Shown piece after piece: positions 29,797 to 39,596 of a DNA stretch of 64,000 bases. The stretch is from positions 20,788-84,787 of the forward strand of contig CAZVQU010000001.1 in assembly GCA_964629655.1 (NCBI GenBank), written 5' to 3'. The position numbers were made by a program, and so were the translations under genes. How positions within the stretch are numbered: position 1 is the stretch's first letter; each line of letters begins with the position of its first letter. The notes below the pieces were generated by a model that saw only the letters and a list, made by a program, of their open reading frames with translations, did no database searches and was not told where the DNA came from. The DNA comes from an uncultured Planctomycetia bacterium (GTDB lineage Bacteria > Omnitrophota > Gorgyraeia > Duberdicusellales > 4484-171).

Positions 29797-31362
29797 TCAA
29801 TTATTATACCATTTTGGCTTTTTCAGCCTCATAAATCCGGTAAGCCCTTTATGCTTCTCTCTTCCTAAAATGGTATCCCTAATTCCCAAAAACATCATTC
29901 TCAAAGTGTTTCTAAGAAACCACCAATAAAGTCCACGTTTATGCTTATAGGCAGAAAATAACCCCCTTATGAGCCAATGAGGACGATATAAAACATAGCG
30001 TTTATTGAGTTCTATATTCAAACTAACAAAATCCTCTTTAGATAAACCAGCAAGAGAATACATTGTGGGAGTAGACCAGTCATATTTTGTAAAGTCTTTT
30101 TCTTCCAAAAGATTATTTGCTTTAGCTTCCTGGTAAAGATAAGTACCGGGAACCGGAGCAACCGGATGAAAAGCAGGGTAGTCTACATCTATCTCCACAG
30201 CATACTTTACCAAATCCAACATTGATTCTCTAGTATCAAAGGACATGCAAGTGACAAATGTTCCCTGTCTAAACACCTGAGGATATCTTTTTTTAAAAAC
30301 CGCGAAAACTTCTTTTACTAAATCGCGGGTATATCCAGACTTATTAATTTGCTTAAAATCCTCAGAACAGACTCGCTCTATGCCAATTAAAGGATGCACT
30401 AATCCTGCTCGTACCATTTTTTCTAAAATTCCTAAACGTTCATCCCTCAAGGTAAAATCGGCACGTAAAAATGCCCACCAATGCAAGTCCTTATAATTTT
30501 TCTTAAGGAGTCTTTCACAAAATTCATCTGACCATTTCGGATCTACATTAAAAGTAGGATCGGCCCAAATTATGTAGCGCCTATTATATTTATGATAAAC
30601 AATATCTACTTCCTCCAACATCCTATCCACACTCTTACTTCTATATCTCGGATTCACTTCCAAATTCCCTTTCTCTATATCTACCTTAGCTTGGCTGCCC
30701 CAGAATGTCCAAAGAGAACAAAACTTACATCTATCTATACATCCGCGAGAATGTTCAAGGGTAACACTTTGTGGCCAAAGATATCCAAAAGGAGAATATT
30801 TACCCATTGGCATAAGATCATAAGCAGGAATTGGCAACTTATCTAAATCCTCAATTAATGGCCGTAGGGGAGTTGTAACTATCTCTCCATTATTTTTGTA
30901 AGCAATCCCTTTTACCCTAGATAGATCAATTTTATGTATAAAGGCGTCAATTAATTTTACTATTGTTTCTTCTCCTTCAAACCTTACAATAATATCAATT
31001 GGAAAGTTGGATAGGCTATAATCTACCATCCAAGAGAAAAAATGACCTCCTCCAATTGTAATCACCTTTGGATTTATTTTCTTAGCCAGTCTAAACAAAC
31101 TTGCTGCTTCGTGATGATAAAGAGCTTCTTCTCCAGCTCCTACCATATCCGGCTTCTCTTGCTGTAATATCTCCCCTAAAGTCCTCCATCCTATTTTCAA
31201 TGGAGGACAATCTATAATCTTTACCTCAACCGCAGGCAATTTCGCCCTTACAGCTGCGGCTATACAAGGTAAACCTAATGGCAAAAGAAAATTATCGGAT
31301 TCGTTTATAAAAGGCCAAATATACCGCGGAGGCCTTACCAATAACATCTTTTTTATCCTCAT
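29797..31362 (-). CDS. B12-binding radical SAM protein (BchE-like architecture)
   Basis: PLGLPCIAA, GGGHF, FEGEE, SRGCIDRCKFC, PVPGT. Confidence 0.92.
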   Translation of the reverse strand: MRIKKMLLVRPPRYIWPFINESDNFLLPLGLPCIAAAVRAKLPAVEVKIIDCPPLKIGWRTLGEILQQEKPDMVGAGEEALYHHEAASLFRLAKKINPKVITIGGGHFFSWMVDYSLSNFPIDIIVRFEGEETIVKLIDAFIHKIDLSRVKGIAYKNNGEIVTTPLRPLIEDLDKLPIPAYDLMPMGKYSPFGYLWPQSVTLEHSRGCIDRCKFCSLWTFWGSQAKVDIEKGNLEVNPRYRSKSVDRMLEEVDIVYHKYNRRYIIWADPTFNVDPKWSDEFCERLLKKNYKDLHWWAFLRADFTLRDERLGILEKMVRAGLVHPLIGIERVCSEDFKQINKSGYTRDLVKEVFAVFKKRYPQVFRQGTFVTCMSFDTRESMLDLVKYAVEIDVDYPAFHPVAPVPGTYLYQEAKANNLLEEKDFTKYDWSTPTMYSLAGLSKEDFVSLNIELNKRYVLYRPHWLIRGLFSAYKHKRGLYWWFLRNTLRMMFLGIRDTILGREKHKGLTGFMRLKKPKWYNN

Positions 31363-31441
31363 TTAAAATCCTATATTTGAAGCTGTTTTTTTGTATTGCA
31401 AAATAGCGGGTTTAGAAACCTAACCTTCACTCTAAGTATTA

Positions 31442-31470
31442 TTTATAGCATACATCTACCAAAAACTCAA
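31442..31470 (-). promoter_or_regulatory. Sigma70-like promoter for the downstream rSAM block
   Basis: TTGAGT-N17-TATAAA with extended -10 TG, about 80 bp upstream of 31362. Confidence 0.55.
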
Positions 31471-31587
31471 GCTCTATTGGGGTAAACAGGTGGGAAACTC
31501 TCGCATTCTTAGAGAAAAACTTTATAGGAAAAGTTGTAAAAGGTGATATAGAAACATAAGGATATTTGGAATGAATACTATTTCATA

Positions 31588-33111
31588 TCAATACGACTCA
31601 TTACCTCTGCTACCGACCGGATCAAAGCCAAAAAGCTCTTCCAGACGATCAGGAATTTTTTCAGTCAGAATCACTAAAGCAGTCATGGCTAACTTTAATT
31701 TTTCAATGAAAAGTTCACAGCTTCTCCGATGGGGAACGGCTAAATCATTATTAAAATAATAATTCACGTTAAGGCAAGAACCAGTGGTACGGCATACACT
31801 AAATAAATCGCAATCACAGCAAAAATTAAACCGTCTATCTATGGCTTTAATAAACGCGTCGTGCTTAAATTTATCAATTCCTTTATGGACATTACCTAGA
31901 CTAAACCGCTCTACGCCTAAAAAGGAAGTGCAAGGATATATATTCCCATCACCAGAAACAGCAATTTGCCCCGTAGCAGCAGGGCAGCCTCCACTTACCT
32001 CATGATTATAATATAGCTTCTGCATTAGTTTAAAGAATCTGTTGAAAAACGTTTTTCGGTAATCCAGAAAACCTTCTGTAACTTGATCAATGTAGAGCAA
32101 AGCAAGCCTTTCATACTCCTTAAACAACTTTTGATATTCCTGACCGGTTTTAAAAAAAATGTCTTCTCTCTGAGGAGTAATCTTATGGCAAGCATCCTCA
32201 CTCTCAAAAAGCTCTATTCTTTCAAACCCCAAATCACGTAAATTTTTATATAACGCTACCATATCCGAAAAAAAAGGCGTCACGGTGGTTCTACCCACTA
32301 ATCGTTTTTTTACGTAATCAGGCATGTTCTTAAGATTTTTCGCTATTGTGTCAAAGCTTCCTTTACGGTTTTCATAGGGCCTATTGTTATCATGAATATT
32401 CTTAGGGCCATCAATGCTTACAGCAATCTGAACTCCGCTATCAATCAAATCTTTAGCTATCGAAGGCTTAAGCAAAGTTCCATTTGTAGCCAAGAGAAAA
32501 TGAAAACTAACACCATGATCTTTTTCTTTTTGACGGCAATAACGCACTATCTCCTTGAGAACTTCTACTTTCTCTAATGGTTCACCTCCGTAAAAATCAA
32601 CAACCAGGCGTTTTTCATCTCCACATAATTTTAGCAAAAGGTCTACTGCTTTATGCGCTGTGCCCAAAGACATATCGCTTTCCTTTTGATCACCGCTTTT
32701 AACTGAAGAAGACGACTGTTCAAAGTCGGTATTAGAATACTTACCCTGGTCATTCCAGCAATAAATACATCTAAGATTACAACCTGAGGTTATATTTAAG
32801 GTTAAATCAGTAATGTAAGAAGAAACATCTCTATCTTCCCGTGATAAATCTTTTTCTCCCCTGGGAGGAAATAGATTGCTTATGTCAGGAGGGACGGAGC
32901 ATTTTCTGGCTAATTCATTTGCGATTTCTTGGGATAGACTTTGGCTCGTAGCGTTTATGGCATTATTCCACCTGCCCAAGGCATGATAAGCCTCAGGAGA
33001 AAGGTCGTAAAAATCTCCCTTTTCGGTAGAAACACCTATGTACTGTCCTAATCGTTTAAATAAATAAACCGGGGAAGAAACTTTTTTATTGGTTTTATCT
33101 AAAAAAGGCAT
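31588..33111 (-). CDS. Radical SAM/SPASM peptide maturase with putative N-terminal RRE
   Basis: CNLRCIYC, FYGGEPL, TNGTLL, SIDG; SPASM GCPAA..IYPC..CCDCDLFSVC..GSC..SC; N-terminal three-strand+helix segment as in CteB-type enzymes. Confidence 0.9.
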   Translation of the reverse strand: MPFLDKTNKKVSSPVYLFKRLGQYIGVSTEKGDFYDLSPEAYHALGRWNNAINATSQSLSQEIANELARKCSVPPDISNLFPPRGEKDLSREDRDVSSYITDLTLNITSGCNLRCIYCWNDQGKYSNTDFEQSSSSVKSGDQKESDMSLGTAHKAVDLLLKLCGDEKRLVVDFYGGEPLEKVEVLKEIVRYCRQKEKDHGVSFHFLLATNGTLLKPSIAKDLIDSGVQIAVSIDGPKNIHDNNRPYENRKGSFDTIAKNLKNMPDYVKKRLVGRTTVTPFFSDMVALYKNLRDLGFERIELFESEDACHKITPQREDIFFKTGQEYQKLFKEYERLALLYIDQVTEGFLDYRKTFFNRFFKLMQKLYYNHEVSGGCPAATGQIAVSGDGNIYPCTSFLGVERFSLGNVHKGIDKFKHDAFIKAIDRRFNFCCDCDLFSVCRTTGSCLNVNYYFNNDLAVPHRRSCELFIEKLKLAMTALVILTEKIPDRLEELFGFDPVGSRGNESY

Positions 33112-33165
33112 AATGAAAGGGATCTTCCTCTAGCGAAGTTATTCTCAATCAGTGGACAAAAATGC

Positions 33166-33249
33166 CTACCACAATACGCGCCCTGAACGGCAATACCGCG
33201 ATAGTTTCTTTTTACTCTTTTTTGCTTTGTTTATCTTTTTCGCACGCAT
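33166..33249 (-). CDS. 27-aa putative RiPP precursor peptide MRAKKINKAKKSKKKLSRYCRSGRVLW
   Basis: Read manually; strong RBS AAGGGGGAG just upstream of the ATG; ends 54 bp before the SPASM gene; downstream of a TTGACA promoter. Confidence 0.7.
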   Translation of the reverse strand: MRAKKINKAKKSKKKLSRYCRSGRVLW

Positions 33250-33290
33250 TTTAATCTCCCCCTTCGTTTATCTTTTCGCACGCATTTTAA
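33229..33290. repeat. Near-tandem 25/26-bp duplication of the peptide start region
   Basis: gtttatcttt(t)tcgcacgcattttaa at 33229..33254 and 33266..33290; the upstream copy encodes MRAKR*. Confidence 0.9.
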
Positions 33291-33320
33291 CTTCCAAAAG
33301 ACACAAAACGTACTGCCTGT

Positions 33321-33348
33321 AGAATAACACAGCATTCACCTTTGTCAA
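33321..33348 (-). promoter_or_regulatory. Sigma70-like promoter for the peptide + SPASM unit
   Basis: TTGACA-N16-TATTCT with TG immediately upstream of the -10. Confidence 0.6.
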
Positions 33349-33365
33349 GAAATACCTTCTGGTCA

Positions 33366-34217
33366 TTATCGTTTCCTTTTAGAATTCCATCGGAAAATTT
33401 TGCAGATAGAAGGCTTAATTAAATTAATAAAGACTATCCGCGGAATATCATAAACCAATAAAGGCAGCACTTTCAGTAAATACCTTTTAAAACCATCATT
33501 TTTAAAAATTGAATGGAGTCGATTATGAAAACAGAAGCATTGCCTCAATCTGTTAGGTGTGCCCGAACTATTACCTGCATGATAACAGTTTACTTCCGGG
33601 ATAAACAACGCCTTCCATCCTCTTTTTTGCGCCCGCCAGGCCAAATCCACATCCTCAACTAAAAAGAAAAATCGTTCGTCGAAATAACCGGTTTCCTCTT
33701 TTAACTCTTGCAGCATCTCCCTTTTATAAAAAGCACAAGCTGAGCAGGCACCAAAAATGCTCCTTGCCTCGTTAAATTCTCCACTACCCCTTCCTCTACC
33801 GATATCATAAAACCTCCGCATCCAGGAAAGATGTATTCCACAGGAATAAACAGTTCGATTACCAAAATTTAATATTTTTGGCTGTAATATTCCTGTATTA
33901 GAAGACAGATCGTCTATTATATTTACAGCCTTTACCAGAAAATCTTCTTCCAAAACCGCATCGCAATCTAAAGCCAATAACCACTCGCCCCTTGAGACGT
34001 CAATACCCTGATTCCTCGCTCTAGAAGCACCAAGATTTTTTCTGTTTTCAATTAAACTAACCTTGGGGTATTCTTTAACCACCTCAAGTGTGCCGTCACT
34101 TGAAGCATTATCAACAACAATTACCTCGAAATCCTGATAGTCTTGACGAAATACAGAATCCAGGCAAGGCCTGATGCAATCCTTGCTATTGTAGGTTAAA
34201 ACTACTATTGAAATCAT
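33366..34217 (-). CDS. Glycosyltransferase family 2
   Basis: SIVVLTYN, VVDNASSD, LDCDA, FDERFF..EDVDL. Confidence 0.92.
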   Translation of the reverse strand: MISIVVLTYNSKDCIRPCLDSVFRQDYQDFEVIVVDNASSDGTLEVVKEYPKVSLIENRKNLGASRARNQGIDVSRGEWLLALDCDAVLEEDFLVKAVNIIDDLSSNTGILQPKILNFGNRTVYSCGIHLSWMRRFYDIGRGRGSGEFNEARSIFGACSACAFYKREMLQELKEETGYFDERFFFLVEDVDLAWRAQKRGWKALFIPEVNCYHAGNSSGTPNRLRQCFCFHNRLHSIFKNDGFKRYLLKVLPLLVYDIPRIVFINLIKPSICKIFRWNSKRKR

Positions 34218-35280
34218 TTTCTAAAATGTTGGCGAATCTCTCTCCTAAAATGTCCAAAGAATAGGTTTCTTCTGCTGTTTTACGGGCGGCTATCCCCAGA
34301 TTTTTTGTTAAATCAGGGTTTTTTATAATCTGCTCCATGTTAAAAATAAATTCATTCCTGTCGGAGGCCAAAAAACCGTTGCATCCATTTTTAATTATAT
34401 GGTTTGCCTCCCCTACACAAGATGCAATTGTCGGCTTTGCTTTGGCCATATATTCAAATAATTTAACCGGGCTTTTCGACAAATTAAAACGTGTTTTATC
34501 TAAAAGAGGTATCAGACCACAATCTACACTATCCAAATAAAAAGGAATATCGTTGTAATCAACCCATCCTTTATAAATTAAATTCTTACAGTTATAACTC
34601 TTGATTAACTTAATCAATTCCCGGCCAAAAATTCCATCTGCGGCAATAAAAAGTTTAATAAAAGGATATTTTTCGTAGAGCGCCAAAAAACACTCTATTA
34701 TAAACTTTATATACCCTATTAATTCAATTCTGTTAACTGAGCCGTGCCAGGAGAATACAAAATCATCTCTTTTTTTACCAAAAAACGGCTTAAATTTACC
34801 GGTATCTACCGCTGTCGGGATATAGTAAACCTTTCGGTTGAACTGGGAGAGATAATCTTTCAGATAATTGCTTGCCGCAATACAAAGCCTACTGCTTTTA
34901 GCAAATAGACGACTGAGACACTCGGATCTTGAACCCCATCCCTCTCTTGCCTCCCAGTCATCCATATCAAATACAAAAGGGGTGTTTCTTAATTTAGCAA
35001 CGAGCCATGCCGGAATCGTATGGTAATTGAAGCGGTTTATTACAAAAACTGAGTTTTTTGCCTCTTTTAAGAATATTCTGAATCCTTTATACGAATATTT
35101 TAATTTCCTTCCAAAGGTAAACTTAGTCTCATCCTTTCCTGACTTTGCCCCCAATCTATCCACGAAAGAGAAAACAGATGAATTAAGGCCTTTTTTTTTA
35201 AGCTTCTCTGAAAACCCCCAGCAGCGTATCCTAGCTCCCGGGTCTTTACGGCCTTCCCGGGTTATAAATAAAAATTTCAT
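34186..35280 (-). CDS. Glycosyltransferase family 4
   Basis: FDMDDWE, IPTAVD, KSPVKLFEYMA. Confidence 0.9.
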   Translation of the reverse strand: MKFLFITREGRKDPGARIRCWGFSEKLKKKGLNSSVFSFVDRLGAKSGKDETKFTFGRKLKYSYKGFRIFLKEAKNSVFVINRFNYHTIPAWLVAKLRNTPFVFDMDDWEAREGWGSRSECLSRLFAKSSRLCIAASNYLKDYLSQFNRKVYYIPTAVDTGKFKPFFGKKRDDFVFSWHGSVNRIELIGYIKFIIECFLALYEKYPFIKLFIAADGIFGRELIKLIKSYNCKNLIYKGWVDYNDIPFYLDSVDCGLIPLLDKTRFNLSKSPVKLFEYMAKAKPTIASCVGEANHIIKNGCNGFLASDRNEFIFNMEQIIKNPDLTKNLGIAARKTAEETYSLDILGERFANILENDFNSSFNLQ

Positions 35281-36440
35281 TTTAATATTTTCTCATAAGC
35301 ACAAAGCAGAGAGTCAGCAGTGTAATTCCAGTTGTATTTTTCCTTAATCCTGGCTCTTGCGCCATTAGATAATCTTTCTCTTAAATCCGTATCCCTAATC
35401 AATCTTGAAATACCTTCAGCTAAAGAATGAAAATCTCCTTCCTTGGTCAAAACCGCACAACCGCCAGCCATACTCCGCACTTCCCCCACAAGGCTTGCAA
35501 CCACGGGCTTACCGCTTGCCAAATATTCCACGATTTTTAAGGGACTTTTGCAACAGCTAACCTTAGTTTCTTTAAACGGCGCAACACAAATATCAGCAGC
35601 AGCAATATAATAAGGTATATTTTTATGAGCAATAGCTCCAGTAAAAATGATTTTTTTTCTCAAGCCTAAATCAAAAGCTAGTTTCTTTAGCCTCTGTTCT
35701 AAAAACCCTTCTCCGACAATCATAAACAAAACATTTTGATGTTTACGGAGAACTCTACCCGCCGCTTTAATAAATAAATCGGCATATTGAGCTCCATGGA
35801 GCTGTCCTATATATAGTACCAGATCTCCCTTTATATTATACTTTTCCTTAATTCGGCTTCCGTCTAAGCCAGGCTTGAATTTCTCTAGATCCGCACCTAC
35901 CGGTGTCTCAAAAATAAAATCTTCTTTTACCCCGAATTTACGAGTTAATTTTTTTAAATAGCTGCTTGCGCAGGAAACAGAATCGGCTAAAACAGGAAGC
36001 CACCTTTCTAAAACCTTAAAAGAAATCCCTATAAACCTTGAATGCAAGCCTCTACCACAAGACTCATACCATATTTTTTCTTCCCAATCATCCCAATCGT
36101 AATGAAGCGGTTTTTTAGCAATATAGGCTGCGATTGCCGCAGGGACAGCCGCATAATGATGGCACTTCTGAAAATGAACTATATCCGCCCACCGGCATAA
36201 CTCTATAAGTTTTTTTGTATTTTTAATAATCGCAATAGGCGACGGCATCCTGTCTAATGGAATTAATTCTATGGTATCTACATTTTTAGATAAGTGTTTC
36301 TCGTCTAAAGCTAAAGGAAAGTAGCACAGCTTGACCTTGTGTCCCTTTTTTATAAATTCATTGGCAATACTTTTAATCCTTATAGTCCATGGTTCGGATT
36401 TATCAAATAAATCATGAGGATGAATCATTAAAATATCCAT
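35277..36440 (-). CDS. Glycosyltransferase family 4
   Basis: YDWDDWE, IVGEG, KSPLKIVEYLASGKPVV. Confidence 0.9.
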   Translation of the reverse strand: MDILMIHPHDLFDKSEPWTIRIKSIANEFIKKGHKVKLCYFPLALDEKHLSKNVDTIELIPLDRMPSPIAIIKNTKKLIELCRWADIVHFQKCHHYAAVPAAIAAYIAKKPLHYDWDDWEEKIWYESCGRGLHSRFIGISFKVLERWLPVLADSVSCASSYLKKLTRKFGVKEDFIFETPVGADLEKFKPGLDGSRIKEKYNIKGDLVLYIGQLHGAQYADLFIKAAGRVLRKHQNVLFMIVGEGFLEQRLKKLAFDLGLRKKIIFTGAIAHKNIPYYIAAADICVAPFKETKVSCCKSPLKIVEYLASGKPVVASLVGEVRSMAGGCAVLTKEGDFHSLAEGISRLIRDTDLRERLSNGARARIKEKYNWNYTADSLLCAYEKILK

Positions 36441-36654
36441 ATATCAAGTACTCTCTAATCAGCTTGGATAATTTTCCTTAAACGGATAGGCTGGCCCTAT
36501 CCCGATGCGATAGACACTTTAAAGCAAAGAATTCTTATATCAGAAAACTCTTTAGACTACGGTTTAGGTATATTCTCAGGAGTAAAAAGGAAAAAAGAAC
36601 ACTACGCTTTTCTTCCTTTATGCTTTTTTAGATACTTTAAATATTAAATAGAAT

Positions 36655-37041
36655 TTATCTTGTCCTTAATTTACCTCTTAGAATGTCTTTTATCTCCAGG
36701 ATTAACTTCTCCTTGTCAGAATCTAGATGTTCTTCGAGCTTCGGCGGTAACGCGGCAAATACATCCTCGGCATCAATATGATTTTCAAATTTTTCATAGG
36801 CTAAGCTCATGGTTTTGGCTACAATTTCAGCAAGACTCGGCAATAAATAATCTCTGATTTCCTGATCACTTAATTCAAATAGGGGGAACTCTTGAGGGTA
36901 CATAACTTCATTCATAGCATCCTGAAAGGCATCGATGATCTCTCTTTCACTAACAGCCTGGGCATACCCCTTAGGTCCAACCAGACAAATTAGCCCTACA
37001 ATAACTATCCCCAGCATCACCTTTCTGTTTAATTTAAACAT
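36655..37041 (-). CDS. Small secreted helical hypothetical protein
   Basis: RBS GGGAGG before ATG at 37041 (MFKLNRK..), signal peptide ending GYA-QA. Confidence 0.65.
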   Translation of the reverse strand: MFKLNRKVMLGIVIVGLICLVGPKGYAQAVSEREIIDAFQDAMNEVMYPQEFPLFELSDQEIRDYLLPSLAEIVAKTMSLAYEKFENHIDAEDVFAALPPKLEEHLDSDKEKLILEIKDILRGKLRTR

Positions 37042-37064
37042 TTTCCACCTCCCTTTTTTTGCCA

Positions 37065-39596
37065 TTATCCGGATTTTCTTCCCCCCAGCAATATTCTACC
37101 TTTTATTTTCGCATAAATCCCGAAATATGCAATATAGATAAGAACATAAACAGAGACAGAAATTAAAATAATCCATTTAAATATAGAATGTTTTGTTATA
37201 ATTGCTTCCTTTCGCTGAGGTAATCCTTGCAAATCATTAATAGAATTTTTAAGCAAGTCCATTCGTTTGGATAGATTTTTACTTCTTTTTATATTCTCAA
37301 AAATGGCTTCTTTGCCTTCTCTGATGTTTGTTTCCATAACCCTTATCCCCAGACTGTAAGCCAAATTCAATAATTCACAAGCCCTCCTTTTTCTCACTTC
37401 ATAAGTATTTCCGTCGTAGGTCTCCCATAAATAATGCCAATTTTCTTTAGGTAATGGTCTCATACCAAACCTTTGTTTACCTTCTTGAAAAACTTCAGTT
37501 CCTGCAACCAGATGTAGCGTATTAATAGATTTAATAGTGTCTATGTATGCGCTATTTCTTTTGATAAAATTGCTAGTCATTTCAAAATCACGATCACCCT
37601 CGCCGGGAAAACCTATTATTACAAATATTTCAGTCTCGATACCTGCCATTTTAGCAAATCTAATATTCTTCGCGGAAATTTCTGCGGTAAACGTCTTCCT
37701 CATTAATTTGAGAACCTTGTTAGACCCAGACTCCAAACCTATCTGAAGCTTGTGGCATCCTGCCTTTCGCATTTTTTTAAAAAACTTAAAATTCATATCT
37801 TTACGCGGGGCAATCTGGCCTGTCCATCGTATCCTTAAATTATTTTCTATTATTTGACTACAAATCGCTTCTAAATTATTTAAATCGCCATTCAAAACAT
37901 TATCTGTAACTGTAAAATCACTTATACCATTTATCTCTTTGTGGTATGTCAACTCATTTACGATCCTCGTAACAGACCTTTTTCTGTAAAGAGAAAATAG
38001 ACGCCAATTCTTACAAAAAGCACATCGTGCCATGCATCCCCTAGACCACTCAACCAGAAGAGATTTATCATATAGACTCATATCAAACTCTTCATATGTA
38101 GGAAAAGGCACTTTGTCCAAAGGCGATAGAGCTGCTCTCTCTTTATAAATCCAGCTTCCATTGCTCTTCACGAAACATCCCGCTACATCCTCTATATGCT
38201 TTTTGCTCTTAAACCTGCTCACCAGATCTACCAAGGCTTCCTCTCCTTCGCCGACAACAAAAGCATCAATATAGTTATCAATATTATCCAGAAAAATCTT
38301 CCTTTGCTCAGGAGTAGAAGTGGCCGGGCCTCCTAAAACTATTCTTTTATCAGGAGCTTTGTCCTTTATTCTTTTTATGAATTCTATAGTCAGCCTTTCC
38401 TTTGGGTCAATTACAGAAAACCCTAAAATATCACAATTATACGATAGAATATTATCTACCGAATTTTCAATATCTTCTTTGAATATTTCGAGAATTAACG
38501 AAAACGTATTCTCATTAGACCAAAAGTTTTTGTTCTCCGCATGCCAAAGCATCTTAAAGTCTGGATGGTTCAAATAAAAACTTTTATTTAAATCCATTAC
38601 ATTAGCACTTACACCCTTATCACGTAAATAGGCATTTAAATACCCTACTCCTATATGAGGGCTCTCCTGAGCCCAAGGAGGAAGGTTGATAAGAAGAAAA
38701 TCGCCATTGGATTTTATCTTTTCTTCAAGTACTGCCTCTTCACATTTTCTGCACAAAAATTCTTCCGGCATACCTCTTTTGCCGGAAATCATTGTCCATG
38801 TCTGTTCTCTACTCCCCTGCCAAACATTATGGATAGTTTCATCATTCAAATCCCCTAAGATTACGTCTCTTCTCCAATCCATACAGCACAATATAACTTT
38901 TCCATCTTCAACGATATGAATCATCTCATCAGCCCATATTGAATTACATCCGATAACTTTTTCTTTATGATAAACTTTCGGTAAATTGATTACATTACCC
39001 CCGCGAGAAACAGGCCCGTCAAAATGACTAATTTGCTCTACCCCCTTATCTTTCCAAAAGCTTACCGTTTCCTCCTTCTCTTCCAAAGTTAAATATTGGT
39101 GCTTTAGAAAAGTAATCATTAAATAATTTTTTATATCTTTATTTTGTTTCACTTTATCTATAAATTTGCTTATTCTTTCCATAGCTATTTCATAGGGTAT
39201 TTGCATCGATTTCTCAATTGTTTCTCTTCTTACACCATGAAAACTTATTCCTATCCAGTCAAGTTTCGAACCAATTAGCTTTTCGCTAATTTCTTCAGTC
39301 AATAAAGCTCCATTGGTGATAATATGAACAGCCGCCTGAGGTACTTTCTCCTTAGCGTAATTTATCCTCTCTACCAAAAAGGGATCAGTTAAAGGTTCGT
39401 TATTCATGTAAAGAATAATTCTTTCAACACCCCCATATCCACTGGTTTCATCGATAATTTTCCTATATAATTCCATATCCATGATTTTAGATGGAAATAA
39501 ATCCTTGATTTCATTGTGCGGACAAAATACGCAAGAAGCGTTACATAGAGAGGTAGTCTGAATTGATAAATACTTCGGGAAAATTATTTTATTCAT
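37065..39596 (-). CDS. Fusion: twitch/SPASM radical SAM + B12-binding radical SAM + C-terminal TM
   Basis: LCNASCVFC..GCNSIW..LCCMDW..CRKC, then PPW..GVGYL..GEGEE..SRGCMARCAFC; hydrophobic C-terminal helix. Confidence 0.9.
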   Translation of the reverse strand: MNKIIFPKYLSIQTTSLCNASCVFCPHNEIKDLFPSKIMDMELYRKIIDETSGYGGVERIILYMNNEPLTDPFLVERINYAKEKVPQAAVHIITNGALLTEEISEKLIGSKLDWIGISFHGVRRETIEKSMQIPYEIAMERISKFIDKVKQNKDIKNYLMITFLKHQYLTLEEKEETVSFWKDKGVEQISHFDGPVSRGGNVINLPKVYHKEKVIGCNSIWADEMIHIVEDGKVILCCMDWRRDVILGDLNDETIHNVWQGSREQTWTMISGKRGMPEEFLCRKCEEAVLEEKIKSNGDFLLINLPPWAQESPHIGVGYLNAYLRDKGVSANVMDLNKSFYLNHPDFKMLWHAENKNFWSNENTFSLILEIFKEDIENSVDNILSYNCDILGFSVIDPKERLTIEFIKRIKDKAPDKRIVLGGPATSTPEQRKIFLDNIDNYIDAFVVGEGEEALVDLVSRFKSKKHIEDVAGCFVKSNGSWIYKERAALSPLDKVPFPTYEEFDMSLYDKSLLVEWSRGCMARCAFCKNWRLFSLYRKRSVTRIVNELTYHKEINGISDFTVTDNVLNGDLNNLEAICSQIIENNLRIRWTGQIAPRKDMNFKFFKKMRKAGCHKLQIGLESGSNKVLKLMRKTFTAEISAKNIRFAKMAGIETEIFVIIGFPGEGDRDFEMTSNFIKRNSAYIDTIKSINTLHLVAGTEVFQEGKQRFGMRPLPKENWHYLWETYDGNTYEVRKRRACELLNLAYSLGIRVMETNIREGKEAIFENIKRSKNLSKRMDLLKNSINDLQGLPQRKEAIITKHSIFKWIILISVSVYVLIYIAYFGIYAKIKGRILLGGRKSG

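Noticed and set aside
33100-33230. Alternative frames for the precursor (..GAYCGRHFCP.., or a TGA/selenocysteine read-through)
   Set aside because: Neither has a start codon with an RBS without assuming a frameshift, and I see no SECIS-like hairpin. The 27-aa frame has both ATG and RBS. An A-tract sequencing error cannot be fully excluded.
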